NCBI GenBank assembly: GCA_963705505.1
Contig: CAVPJU010000006.1
Span: forward strand, 704,001 to 768,000
Source: an uncultured bacterium
GTDB taxonomy: Bacteria; Desulfobacterota_D; UBA1144; Nemesobacterales; UBA2774
Length of the DNA: 64,000 nt
Direction of reading: 5' to 3'
The number at the start of each line of letters is the position of its first letter. Position 1 is the stretch's first letter. The translations under genes and the position numbers were made by a program. Of this stretch, positions 29,028-39,139 are shown piece by piece. A model generated the notes under the pieces. It did no database searches, was not told the DNA's origin, and was given only the letters and a program-made list of their open reading frames with translations.

Positions 29028-29963
29028 TTATTTAACAGTGTACTCATATGTGTATTGTTTACCAGCCCTGGTAAAATCAATCGTGAAATTGCTCTGGGAT
29101 CTGAGTTCTTCAAACACACTGAGAGCCTTTTCCACATCATTCAATTCGACGTTGTTTATCCTATGGAGGGTGTCCCCGTTTTTTATTCCGATCTTCCAGA
29201 ATATGCTGTTCGACCTGATCCCGAAAAACCTGAGTCCGTCGCTTTGCGGTATTACCCGCGCCTGTTGTACAATATTCGTGGGATCACTGAGGACATCTTC
29301 CAATAACTCCCTGCTCACCTCATATTCATTATCTCCCACTTTATTTATGCCTCCGGCCTCGAGCGACCCCTCCGTACTTCCCGAGTCGAGACCCCTTGTT
29401 TGAGTCCTTCTGCCTAAAGCCGATTCAGGCGCTGCGGAAACTATTTCTCCCAAATTTTTACATTTAATCGTTTCGCGGCCGGTCTTTTGACGCTCTATGA
29501 CGGCCTTGCAGTTCATTACTTCTATGAGTTTTACATTCTCGGACTTGATTATGTCTACCAGCTCCCCGCTGCGGTAGCCGTTTACTTTATTATTATCCGG
29601 ATTCTTGATGATCGCTACTGAGGGTGCGTCGCGGTTTATGATCGTCCCCAGGAGCACTATGTTGAGCGTGGTGTCCGGCAACGCTTCCTGGCTTGTGCCG
29701 GTCGGCCCCGCGTCTGATAAATTTGTAATTCCGAAGATGTTTCTCGTAAGGATGATCTTGTAGTATGACGTCGGGTGTTTAGTGCTCGAATCCGGTTTGT
29801 CGCTTTTTTCGGAAGGCATGAATTTTTGTGATGCAGCCGCGCCGGGAGAGCTTATCATGCCTTCGATTTTTTGGTTTACGGCAACAGCTGTCAAGTAAGC
29901 GAGTCCCGTAAGCAGACATAAGTTAACAACCCAGACATATTTTTTTAAAATCGTGACAAGCAT
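29028..29963 (-). CDS. gspC: Type II secretion protein C (HR plus PDZ)
   Basis: N-terminal TM, RNIFG, LLGTI...VAII, GIKNGDTLHRIN PDZ. Confidence 0.85.
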   Translation of the reverse strand: MLVTILKKYVWVVNLCLLTGLAYLTAVAVNQKIEGMISSPGAAASQKFMPSEKSDKPDSSTKHPTSYYKIILTRNIFGITNLSDAGPTGTSQEALPDTTLNIVLLGTIINRDAPSVAIIKNPDNNKVNGYRSGELVDIIKSENVKLIEVMNCKAVIERQKTGRETIKCKNLGEIVSAAPESALGRRTQTRGLDSGSTEGSLEAGGINKVGDNEYEVSRELLEDVLSDPTNIVQQARVIPQSDGLRFFGIRSNSIFWKIGIKNGDTLHRINNVELNDVEKALSVFEELRSQSNFTIDFTRAGKQYTYEYTVK

Positions 29964-29991
29964 TTAAGTAGAATAGTTAATTTTACCTAAA

Positions 29992-30020
29992 AAAATAAAG
30001 TTTTTCACTTTATCTGTCAA
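29992..30020 (-). promoter_or_regulatory. Putative sigma-70 promoter of the gsp operon
   Basis: TTGACA-N17-TATTTT on the minus strand, overlapped by the inverted repeat ATAAAGT-N5-ACTTTAT. Confidence 0.5.
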
Positions 30021-30257
30021 GCAAAACTTTATTCCATGCGGAATCGAACGAGAATCTGTTATAAATAGCCATCTCCCATTGCTGTATTGTTTTAGCTGTG
30101 ACGAACCTATCACAGCGGTTCTTTAAACCAGAATCATTGCTAGGGCATTTCGAGTTTTCAATAAACAATGGTAATGGGATGAATTCCCTGCCTCTTTATT
30201 ACACTTTACTTTTTCATTCGCCAAAAAGCAATTCCGGCATTCCAGCCGCTTTGTTTA

Positions 30258-31700
30258 TTAATTAACAGTTGAATCTTGCACGGTTCCCGCTCCGCAGCAT
30301 CCTACCAGTTCGGTAAGCAGGCTGTTCTGGAACTCCTTGGTTTTCCATCCGAGCCCGTTATCCAGAATAGAGAACACGAGCACATCGCCCTGCTTGGTGA
30401 AAACATATCCGGAGAGCGCTCTGACGTTGTTGAGATAGCCCGTTTTCGCCATTACCCTGCCCTGGACATCGGACTGTTTGAACCTTTTCTTCAGTGTTCC
30501 GTCCACACCTGCAATCGGAAGGGAGTCGACGAAGTCGGAGGCTATGACCCTGTTTGTATAAGCGTAGCTCAATACGTCTGTCAGAGTCCGGGGTGAAACA
30601 CGGTTAAGGAGCGAGAGACCCGATCCGTCCACTACCCTGAATCCGTCCTTTATGCCGATCCCGTTGAGAAATTCCGATATTACCAGGGAACCGTTTTCCC
30701 AGGACCCCGGGATACTTTTAAATTCGGCTCCGAGGGTCTTTATGAGATTTTCACCGATTATATTGACGCTGTTTTTGAGGTACTCGGTTATTATCGAGGA
30801 AAGGGGGTCCGAGTAATGCGTGTAAAACAGGGTGGCCCACTTGGGCACTTCGCCCGCTATTACGGGTCCGGTAACTTTTATACCCGCTTCCTCGAGGGCG
30901 TTTTTCAGGATATTTCCGGTGAGGAGTGTCGGGTTTTGGACCGGGATTTTCAAAATTACCGTCGCTTTGGATCTGATTTTTCCGCCTACCACGATTGTCT
31001 GGTCGTTACTCCAGGTCGTTGTAAGGACCCCCTGCTTTGAGCTCGTGACCGCGTTATTTATTATCGATATGTTCGAACCCTCCGGCAGGATTGTAACAGA
31101 CGGCTTCTGTCCCGAACCGGAAGAACTAACTTTTACCTCGATCGTATTGTAGTTAAAGGAAAGAGCGCTTATCGGCGGACTGTAAAAATCATCCGTCCAC
31201 TCTTGTTTCCATCCCACCGCCCGCCTTACCCTGCTGAAATAGGAGTCGTCTACGATTATTCCGTCTCTGATTTCCGCTATACCCCGCTTCTTCAACTCAT
31301 AGACGATGAACCCGAGGTGCGGCTCCCCGAGAGTCGGGTCTCCATAGCCCTTTACATAAAGGCCGCCGTGAAGGGTGCCTTTCGATACCCCGCCGCCGCT
31401 GTAGAATTCCGTTTTGAACCTGTAGTCTCTTTTCAGGAGGGAAAGCGCCGCAACCGATGTGATTATTTTTTCATTTGAAGCGGGGATAAAGAGACTCTGT
31501 GCGTTATACTCGAATAACGTTTCCCCCGAAGTGAGGGATTTGACTATTACGCCCAGCTTGCCGTTGTTCCTGGCTTCTTTAGGAACCAGGGTCGCGATTT
31601 TCGCTGAATATGTCGTAGTTGCGGAATTGGCTGATAATACGATCCGATCTGAAACAGCGACGAGAACGACCGCGAGAATAGGAACAAAATACCATTTCAT
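30258..31700 (-). CDS. dacB: D-alanyl-D-alanine carboxypeptidase/endopeptidase (PBP4, peptidase S13)
   Basis: PASNEK (SxxK), SVN, DGSGLS, AKTG. Confidence 0.93.
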   Translation of the reverse strand: MKWYFVPILAVVLVAVSDRIVLSANSATTTYSAKIATLVPKEARNNGKLGVIVKSLTSGETLFEYNAQSLFIPASNEKIITSVAALSLLKRDYRFKTEFYSGGGVSKGTLHGGLYVKGYGDPTLGEPHLGFIVYELKKRGIAEIRDGIIVDDSYFSRVRRAVGWKQEWTDDFYSPPISALSFNYNTIEVKVSSSGSGQKPSVTILPEGSNISIINNAVTSSKQGVLTTTWSNDQTIVVGGKIRSKATVILKIPVQNPTLLTGNILKNALEEAGIKVTGPVIAGEVPKWATLFYTHYSDPLSSIITEYLKNSVNIIGENLIKTLGAEFKSIPGSWENGSLVISEFLNGIGIKDGFRVVDGSGLSLLNRVSPRTLTDVLSYAYTNRVIASDFVDSLPIAGVDGTLKKRFKQSDVQGRVMAKTGYLNNVRALSGYVFTKQGDVLVFSILDNGLGWKTKEFQNSLLTELVGCCGAGTVQDSTVN

Positions 31701-31911
31701 AGTTGGAAAAATATTCTAACACCTCCGTGATTCAATGCAAAGTAATTATGAAATCTTATCGGAACTATTCCGATTAGTACAGTATATTTTCGATAGAATA
31801 AAAATTCAGGCGAAAGGTATTTCACTTTTATTGTTCCCATGAACGAATTAGAGGAACTTTACACTTATGCTATCATTTTCCATGTGCTGATGTGTAAACG
31901 ATCAGGGTGCA

Positions 31912-32631
31912 TTGTTTAGAAAAATGGTGAGGGAATTGGTTTCAAAAAAGGCTTTTTTCTTTGATTTCGGAGATACTCTCGCATCTACGGATCCGCCTTA
32001 TATATACAGAATTGCGATGGCGGTGAGGAGAGCGGGTTTTGACATTACCGACCGGGAGTTCGAGGCCGAGTTTGCCAAAGCTGACTACAGGCTTTTCTTA
32101 AAGCATATGGAAACGGGCGGCATCAGCCCTCGGGAGCACCGTGAGTGGTTTTTCCCGATTCTCTACGAATCGCTCTCACCCTCATCCGACATCGACGAAT
32201 TCCGGAAGAACGTGAGGCGGGAGATGAGTGAGATCGAGTTTACGAGAGCGCTCCTTCCCGGTGCCGCGAGTCTGCTCCATTACCTCAAGGGGAAAGGGTA
32301 TATGCTTGCCGTCATCTCCAACAACGACGGCTATACTGAGGAGAAGTGCGAGGAAGTCGGGATCAGGCAGTATCTCGATTTCGTTTTCGATTCGACTAAT
32401 TTGGACATGATAAAACCGGACGCGCGCATATTCAGATATGCGGCGGACAAATTGGGGATTTCTCCCGGAGAAGCCGTACACGTAGGCGATATGTACGGCA
32501 GCGATATTATGGGCGCGCTCAACGCGGGAGTCGATGTTATATGGTTTAACGGCAGGGGGATAAAGAAGTTTAACGACACCGAGGTAAAAGAGGTCGGGGA
32601 GTTGGCCGAAATACTCGGATTGATCGATTAG
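31912..32631 (+). CDS. HAD-superfamily hydrolase
   Basis: FDFGDTL, VISN, KPDARIF, HVGD...DIMGA. Confidence 0.88.
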   Translation: MFRKMVRELVSKKAFFFDFGDTLASTDPPYIYRIAMAVRRAGFDITDREFEAEFAKADYRLFLKHMETGGISPREHREWFFPILYESLSPSSDIDEFRKNVRREMSEIEFTRALLPGAASLLHYLKGKGYMLAVISNNDGYTEEKCEEVGIRQYLDFVFDSTNLDMIKPDARIFRYAADKLGISPGEAVHVGDMYGSDIMGALNAGVDVIWFNGRGIKKFNDTEVKEVGELAEILGLID

Positions 32632-32714
32632 TTCTGCGCTTAAACCGCGAATACCAGTCGCGCGCAAAGACATTTTCTTTTCATCCTTATAATCGAATAA
32701 AAAAGGGCAGGGTC

Positions 32715-35447
32715 ATGGAAGGCGAGATTAAAATCGAGGGAGCCAGGGAGAACAACTTAAAGAATATAACCGTCTCTATCCCCTGGCATAAATATACGGT
32801 GGTAACCGGCCTGAGCGGTTCGGGAAAATCCTCACTCGCCCTGGACACGCTCTATGCGGAAGGTCTGAGGAGGTATATCGAATGCCTTTCGACATACGCA
32901 AGACAGTTCCTCGAGCGCGTGGATCGTCCGGACATGGACGATATATCGGGTCTCCCTCCTGCGGTTGCGATCGAGAGCAGGAACTCGGTCAGGAATTCAC
33001 GCTCGACTGTGGGGACGACGACCGAGGTCTACGATTATCTGAGGCTCCTCTTTGCAAAAGTGGGGAGGACCTTCTGCCCCGAATGCGGGAAGGAAGTCCG
33101 GCACAGGTCGCCCGGAGACATAGCGGAGGAGTTGTTAAAAGACCATGGGGGAGAAAGGGCGGTAATCACATTCCCTCCGGGTAATTTAAATCTCACGCCG
33201 GCGGAGCTTTTATCGAACGGATTCACGAGAATCATCGCGGGGGGAGAAATAGCGGAGGTCGAGGGGCTGGCCAAGATTCCCAAGGGCGCCGAAATTGTCC
33301 TCGACAGGGTGTCTATAGATAAAAAATCCCGCTCCAGGATCGTGGGTTCGCTCGAGCTTGCCCTTGAAGAAAGCAGGTATGTGAACGTCCGCATACTCGA
33401 CGGGGAGGTCTTGCGATACTCGGCCGACCTCGAGTGCCCGACCTGTCATAAACGGTTCGGCGAGCCGACCCCTCTCCTCTTCTCCTTCAATAGTCCCCAG
33501 GGGGCATGTCCCGAGTGCAAGGGGTTCGGCAACATCCTGGGTCTTGACCCCGACCTCGTCGTCCCGAATCCGGAAAAGAGCCTGTCCCAGGGCGCGATAG
33601 AACCCCTTACAAAGCCTTCTCTCAAACCCCAGATGAGAAAGCTACTCCATTTCGCCGAGGAGAGGGGCATCTATACCGGTAAGCCGTATGAAACGCTCAC
33701 GGAGAAGGAAAAGGAGCTCGTTTTCGAGGGGGACAGGGGTTTTCCGGGCGTCAGGGGATTTTTCAGGCATCTCGAGGAAAAAAACTACAAGATGCATGTC
33801 AGGGTATTCCTCAGCAGATACAGGTCGGCGTTCATCTGTAACGCGTGCATGGGGTCGAGGCTCGTCAAAGAGGCGCTCTGGGTGAAGGTCGGCGGTATGA
33901 ACATCTTCGAGCTGTCTCTCCTGCCGATAGACAAGCTCAGGGAATTCTTCGACGGGCTCACTCTCAGCCAATACGAAAGGACAGTCGCGCACGAAATCTT
34001 AAAGCAGATCAACTCCAGGATCGAGTTCCTGATAAAAGTAGGCCTCGAATACCTTACGCTTTCCCGGCTTTCGAGAACCCTCTCCGGCGGCGAAGCGCAG
34101 AGGGTCAACCTTGCCTGCCAGCTGGGAGCGACGCTGACAGAAACACTTTATATAATGGATGAGCCGTCGATAGGGCTCCATCCCAGGGACGTCGACCGTC
34201 TTATCTCTCTCATTAAGGAGCTGAGGGACAGGGATAACACGGTCGTCGTGGTCGAGCACGATTTTGAAATGATAAAGTCCGCCGACCATATAGTGGAGCT
34301 CGGACCCCTCGCGGGTGAAAGGGGAGGGGATATAGTCTTTCAGGGAGACGTAAAGAAACTGCTCAATAACTCCGTCGAGTCCCTGACGAAGCGGTACATA
34401 ACGGGGAAGGCCAAAATAGAGACTCCCGGAAAAAGGAGGAAGGGCAGCGGAAAGTTTTTGACCGTCGTCGGAGCGGAGGAGAATAACCTGAAAAATCTGA
34501 CCGTATCGTTTCCGCTCGGGACGTTCATCTGCGTAACTGGCGTTTCCGGCTCCGGCAAGAGCTCTCTCGTCGACGATGTGGTTTATTCCGCACTTGCCCG
34601 GAAGTTCAGGGGAGAGGTCGAAAGGGTGGGAAAATATGCGGAGATCAGAGGCTCGGAGCTCCTCTCCGATGTGATTATGCTCGATCAGAATCCGATAGGG
34701 AAAAGCTCGAGGTCAAATCCGGTCACATACATAAAGGCATACGACGAGATAAGGAAGACGATGGCCGGAACGTGGCAGGCAAAATCGAAAGGACTTACAG
34801 CGTCCCATTTTTCATTCAATGTCCCCGGCGGGAGGTGCGAGGTCTGTGAAGGGGAGGGGGTGCAGCAGATAGAAATGCATTTTCTGGCGGATGTGTTCGT
34901 CACCTGCGAGGAGTGCGGGGGCAAAAGGTTTAACAAGGACGTGCTGTCGATACAGTACAGGAGCAGGAATATCGACGAGGTTCTGGCGCTCACTGTGAAC
35001 GAGGCTATAAATTTCTTCTACGAGGTCCCGGCGATCGGAAGAAAGCTGAAGATACTTCAGGATGTCGGCCTCGGATATATAAGACTCGGGCAGGCGGCGC
35101 CCACGCTCTCGGGTGGGGAGGCTCAGAGGATAAAAATAGCCAGGGAGCTCGGAAGGAAAGGCGGCAGGGACATACTTTACATATTGGATGAGCCCACAGT
35201 AGGGCTCCACGCGGAGGACGTAAGAAAGCTGCTCGAAGTGATAAATAAGCTCGTCCTTGCGGGTAACACGGTACTCGTCGTGGAGCACAACATGGACGTG
35301 ATAAAATCAGCCGATCATGTGCTCGACCTCGGCCCCGAAGGCGGAGACGAAGGGGGATACATAATTGCCCAGGGCACTCCCGAGGAGATCGCGAAGGCGG
35401 GGGGATCACACACCGGGAGGTATCTCGGACAGTTACTTTCTTCCTAG
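32715..35447 (+). CDS. uvrA: Excinuclease ABC subunit A family protein
   Basis: Two ABC ATPase halves (GLSGSGKS, GVSGSGKS, LSGGEAQR twice) and Zn fingers. Confidence 0.93.
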   Translation: MEGEIKIEGARENNLKNITVSIPWHKYTVVTGLSGSGKSSLALDTLYAEGLRRYIECLSTYARQFLERVDRPDMDDISGLPPAVAIESRNSVRNSRSTVGTTTEVYDYLRLLFAKVGRTFCPECGKEVRHRSPGDIAEELLKDHGGERAVITFPPGNLNLTPAELLSNGFTRIIAGGEIAEVEGLAKIPKGAEIVLDRVSIDKKSRSRIVGSLELALEESRYVNVRILDGEVLRYSADLECPTCHKRFGEPTPLLFSFNSPQGACPECKGFGNILGLDPDLVVPNPEKSLSQGAIEPLTKPSLKPQMRKLLHFAEERGIYTGKPYETLTEKEKELVFEGDRGFPGVRGFFRHLEEKNYKMHVRVFLSRYRSAFICNACMGSRLVKEALWVKVGGMNIFELSLLPIDKLREFFDGLTLSQYERTVAHEILKQINSRIEFLIKVGLEYLTLSRLSRTLSGGEAQRVNLACQLGATLTETLYIMDEPSIGLHPRDVDRLISLIKELRDRDNTVVVVEHDFEMIKSADHIVELGPLAGERGGDIVFQGDVKKLLNNSVESLTKRYITGKAKIETPGKRRKGSGKFLTVVGAEENNLKNLTVSFPLGTFICVTGVSGSGKSSLVDDVVYSALARKFRGEVERVGKYAEIRGSELLSDVIMLDQNPIGKSSRSNPVTYIKAYDEIRKTMAGTWQAKSKGLTASHFSFNVPGGRCEVCEGEGVQQIEMHFLADVFVTCEECGGKRFNKDVLSIQYRSRNIDEVLALTVNEAINFFYEVPAIGRKLKILQDVGLGYIRLGQAAPTLSGGEAQRIKIARELGRKGGRDILYILDEPTVGLHAEDVRKLLEVINKLVLAGNTVLVVEHNMDVIKSADHVLDLGPEGGDEGGYIIAQGTPEEIAKAGGSHTGRYLGQLLSS

Positions 35448-35476
35448 TCTTTTCCCGTTTTAGTTCCCGGAGCGCT

Positions 35477-35567
35477 CGAATTCCCCGCTCATTCTGGGAT
35501 AGGGGCCGATTGTCAGATAAAATATCCCGCTCAATACCGGGTTTCACCCGGAATGACACGGAATTCG
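35477..35567. repeat. REP/MITE-like imperfect inverted-repeat element
   Basis: CGAATTCC..CTCATTCTGGG paired with CCCGGAATGAC..GGAATTCG; internal hairpin CCGGGTTTCACCCGG. Confidence 0.45.
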
Positions 35568-35637
35568 CCGCTGGCAGAGACTTGAAAAACTGAAAATGAT
35601 TTTTATATAAGATTTAGTAATAAAAAGGTTATTACAT

Positions 35638-36726
35638 ATGGCAAACCGAAAAAGAGACTATTACGAAGTGCTGGGCGTCGAGAGAACGGCAAGTCAGCAG
35701 GAAATAAAAAAGTCGTACCGCCGCCTGGCGATGGAGTACCATCCCGACCACAACAGGGAGCCCGATGCCGAAGAGAAGTTTAAAGAGCTTTCGGAGGCCT
35801 ACGGCGTGCTATCCGATTCCGATAAGCGGGCGCGTTACGACAGAGGGGGTTTTTCCGCTCTCGACGGTATGTCGGCAGAGGACATTTTCAGCGGAATAAA
35901 CTTTGGGGACATATTCGGGGGAGGGGGTATCGGCGGGAGCTTATTCGATGAGATATTCGGATTCGGAAGAAGGCGGGGCCCCACCAGGGGAAGGGACATA
36001 GAGGTGGAAATCACGGTACCCCTGAAAAGAATACTCACGGGCGGCGAAGAAACGGTCGAGTACAGCCGGAGGGTCGCATGCCCCGATTGCGGCGGATCAG
36101 GCGCAAAACCCGGAACAGAGCCCAGGAACTGCAGCGAGTGCGGCGGGACCGGTCAGAGGGTATATACGAGCCGCCAGCAGGGTATGACGTTCCAGCAGGT
36201 CGCGGTCTGTCCTTCATGCAAGGGACGCGGCTCGATAATAGATGAGTTCTGCCCCGCATGCGGGGGAAAGGGAAATGTCGAACGGAAGAGCGAAATCAAA
36301 ATCAAGATACCCGAGGGGATTGAGGACGGTACTGCGCTGAGGGTAACGGGGCACGGAAGTCTCAGTCCCGAACCCGGAGGAGCGCCCGGGGACCTGATAG
36401 TCATAGTCAGGACGGAGGACGACCCGCGGTTCGAAAGGAGGGGCGAGCACCTCTACAGAGTGGAAATGATAAGTGTCGCCGATGCGGTCCTCGGGACCAG
36501 GCTCGATATCCCAACACTCACGGGCGAGGTCGAGATGAAGGTCCCGGCCGGTACACAGCCCGGAACCGTGCTTCGCATTCCAAACGAGGGGCTGCCAAGC
36601 TTCAGGAGCGGGAGGCGGGGGGATATTTATATAAGAATTCAGGTGGAAATACCCAAAAAGCCTTCGTCCGAAGAAAAGGAACTCTACGGTAAGCTCAAAG
36701 ATATAGGCGGCGCGAAAGCAAACTGA
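35638..36726 (+). CDS. dnaJ: Molecular chaperone DnaJ
   Basis: J domain with HPD, G/F region, four CxxCxGxG repeats, C-terminal domain. Confidence 0.95.
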   Translation: MANRKRDYYEVLGVERTASQQEIKKSYRRLAMEYHPDHNREPDAEEKFKELSEAYGVLSDSDKRARYDRGGFSALDGMSAEDIFSGINFGDIFGGGGIGGSLFDEIFGFGRRRGPTRGRDIEVEITVPLKRILTGGEETVEYSRRVACPDCGGSGAKPGTEPRNCSECGGTGQRVYTSRQQGMTFQQVAVCPSCKGRGSIIDEFCPACGGKGNVERKSEIKIKIPEGIEDGTALRVTGHGSLSPEPGGAPGDLIVIVRTEDDPRFERRGEHLYRVEMISVADAVLGTRLDIPTLTGEVEMKVPAGTQPGTVLRIPNEGLPSFRSGRRGDIYIRIQVEIPKKPSSEEKELYGKLKDIGGAKAN

Positions 36727-36844
36727 CGGCCCATATCTTAGGCCGCTATGATGCATCAGTTTTTTGATCTTCTTTAATCGCCCATCTTTCTGAAGGTGCG
36801 GATTTTATTTGACGTGAATTAAAACACCCGTATCAAAAATACTT

Positions 36845-37588
36845 TTAATAACCCCCCGCGGCGACGGGGAACTGGAACGAAAGCGTTCGGAATACAGGCG
36901 TGCCCTCGATGCCGTAACCTATATCGAGCGTGACCTGGGTCACCTCATCCGGTATCTGTTTGAAAAATAAATACCCCCTGACGGACGCGTTCGGGGCGAT
37001 CGATCCGGGCGTGAGCGCCTCGGTTATCACGTCCTTCGTACTCGGAGGCTTCGCGTAATAATAAGTGGGCGGCGGATAGTACCAGAATGGGTCGTACGCA
37101 TAAAAGCCGAAAGGTCTCCAGTACGGGCCGTAATAAGGCCCCCAGGGCCCGCGGTAATAGCCTCCGTAATACCCTCCGCCTATTCCGATCGATACGTTCG
37201 GATATGAAGGATATGCATACACGGTTGTGCCGGTGGATTTTACTATATCGGCTACGGCCTGAGGGTTGAGAGGGCTGTACTGTGTCCTGAACTGGTCGAA
37301 TAGTACGATATCGCTGTAATCGAATCCGATGGCTTTGCCCGAAAAGTTCTCTATTTCCACATAAAAGGGCGTTACATAATTCTGGAGGTTTCCGGGCGAA
37401 CCTGTCCAGTATGACGGGATAACGGTAATCCTCACGCCGTCCCCGCTTGTCTGGACGCTCGGTGTCGGGTTAAACGGTGGTGGCGGAGGCGGGGCGTAAT
37501 AGCCTGATGGATAGCATGCCGCCAATATCAGTATCGGCAGTATAAATCCCAGGCGGGTGAGAGTGTTTAACCGGGGAATATGTTTCAT
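36845..37588 (-). CDS. Lipoprotein with Pro/Tyr/Gly-rich segments
   Basis: Lipobox LAAC; PPPPPP; GGGYYGGYYRGPWGPYYGPYW. Confidence 0.7.
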   Translation of the reverse strand: MKHIPRLNTLTRLGFILPILILAACYPSGYYAPPPPPPFNPTPSVQTSGDGVRITVIPSYWTGSPGNLQNYVTPFYVEIENFSGKAIGFDYSDIVLFDQFRTQYSPLNPQAVADIVKSTGTTVYAYPSYPNVSIGIGGGYYGGYYRGPWGPYYGPYWRPFGFYAYDPFWYYPPPTYYYAKPPSTKDVITEALTPGSIAPNASVRGYLFFKQIPDEVTQVTLDIGYGIEGTPVFRTLSFQFPVAAGGY

Positions 37589-37749
37589 ATCAGGACCTTT
37601 TCGGGAATGAGGCATAACTCACTATATATTAAGTATATTTGATTAATTATCCCTTTTCTATGAATATCTTTTCTATTTACCGCATGATTTGGATTACACA
37701 TTCATTTTTGCTACAATAACCTTGAAAATTCGAAAGGAGACATTCAGAT

Positions 37750-39057
37750 ATGGGTAAATATCCGCCGGGGCTTGACGTTGCTGTCGATTATAAATTCATG
37801 GATGCCGTTTTCGAGCGGAGGTCGAGGAGGTTCGGCCTCGGCATGGAGATCGAGAAGGGGCCGCTCGCTTACAAATCCAAGCACGCCCCGGTTCCGCTCT
37901 CCGAGCTTGAAGAGGCTATAATCGTCTGGAACGGGTTAGGTATAAAAAACATAAACCTTTCTGATTTTCCCCCGCACGTCGGACTCGACCTCGAGATGCA
38001 GTTTACGAGCAGGACGATCCCCGCGCTCGGCGACGTTCACAGGACGGAGCTCTTCTACACTAACGACGAAGGCACGTACATGGTGAAGCTCCACGACAGG
38101 AGGCCCGATGATTTCAGGGGCCTCGAGGGCCTTAGCCGGGAGAAGAGGGTAGACCGTATACTCGAGCTCTTCAGGGAGTCGAGGATAAAGCTCGAGGACA
38201 AACGGGCCGACCTGCCTTCGAAGCCGCCCGGACTTGCCGCACATAATCTCTGGAACGTAAATAAGCCCGGCACGACGGTGTTTATGCCTGTAACGGATCT
38301 CTCCGCCTGCATAATAAACCTTTATTTTTTCTACATGCGTCCCGATCACAGATTTAATTTCGTCGACGAGCTTCACGGAATGAGGGCGCCGGGAACTGCC
38401 GAATGGCAGAAAAAGGGCTTCCTTGACCTGGGGAAGAGAATGCCGCTTATAGAAGCGGAGCTGAGGTTCGCGAACGGCTACATAGCCGAGCAGGCGTTCA
38501 TGGGGCAGAACATGGTGCTTACGCTTCAGGCTCTTGGGCTCGGGGGATGGCTCTTCAGCGGGTTTGCGAGCATGTTCATGCTTGGCGGCACACCCTTCAA
38601 CCGGGGCCTCGGGTTCAGGTTCATTACGCCGCAGCTCAAGGGTGAGACGGGTAACCCGAACCCTGTCGCGGTCGGAAAGGACGGGTTTTTCCAGGCGTTC
38701 TGCCCCCCCTATTACAAGGATATGGGAGAGGCGGTCGAGGCGTTAAACGATATGAAATGGACCAACTGGGAATCCCATACGATGCCCTTCAAGAACCCCG
38801 AAGGCGTGCTTCAGGAAGTCGAGAGGCCGAGCAAGGAGGAGATACAGGTCGTTAAGGACATATGCAGCTATGTGTACGATACGTACGGCAGGTTCCCCGC
38901 CTTCTCTGACCCCATGTTCCTGAGATTCATGGTGCAGGCGCACCACCTCGACCTGGACTTTTACGACAAGTATTATCCGCCCGGCGCATATACGGAAAAC
39001 CACAAGAACCATTTCAAGCTATGGCACCCGGAGATACCAGACCCGTTTGAGAAATAG
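37750..39057 (+). CDS. Uncharacterised protein with nitroreductase-like motifs
   Basis: RRSRRF, PLSELEEA, GQNMVLTLQALGLGGW; AAGGAG RBS. Confidence 0.6.
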   Translation: MGKYPPGLDVAVDYKFMDAVFERRSRRFGLGMEIEKGPLAYKSKHAPVPLSELEEAIIVWNGLGIKNINLSDFPPHVGLDLEMQFTSRTIPALGDVHRTELFYTNDEGTYMVKLHDRRPDDFRGLEGLSREKRVDRILELFRESRIKLEDKRADLPSKPPGLAAHNLWNVNKPGTTVFMPVTDLSACIINLYFFYMRPDHRFNFVDELHGMRAPGTAEWQKKGFLDLGKRMPLIEAELRFANGYIAEQAFMGQNMVLTLQALGLGGWLFSGFASMFMLGGTPFNRGLGFRFITPQLKGETGNPNPVAVGKDGFFQAFCPPYYKDMGEAVEALNDMKWTNWESHTMPFKNPEGVLQEVERPSKEEIQVVKDICSYVYDTYGRFPAFSDPMFLRFMVQAHHLDLDFYDKYYPPGAYTENHKNHFKLWHPEIPDPFEK

Positions 39058-39139
39058 CCGGGCCAGAATTTAAATGCCGGGATGGGTCGGCGGATTATTT
39101 GCCAACTGTAAATAACCGGAAATCTCATAATATAAACAA

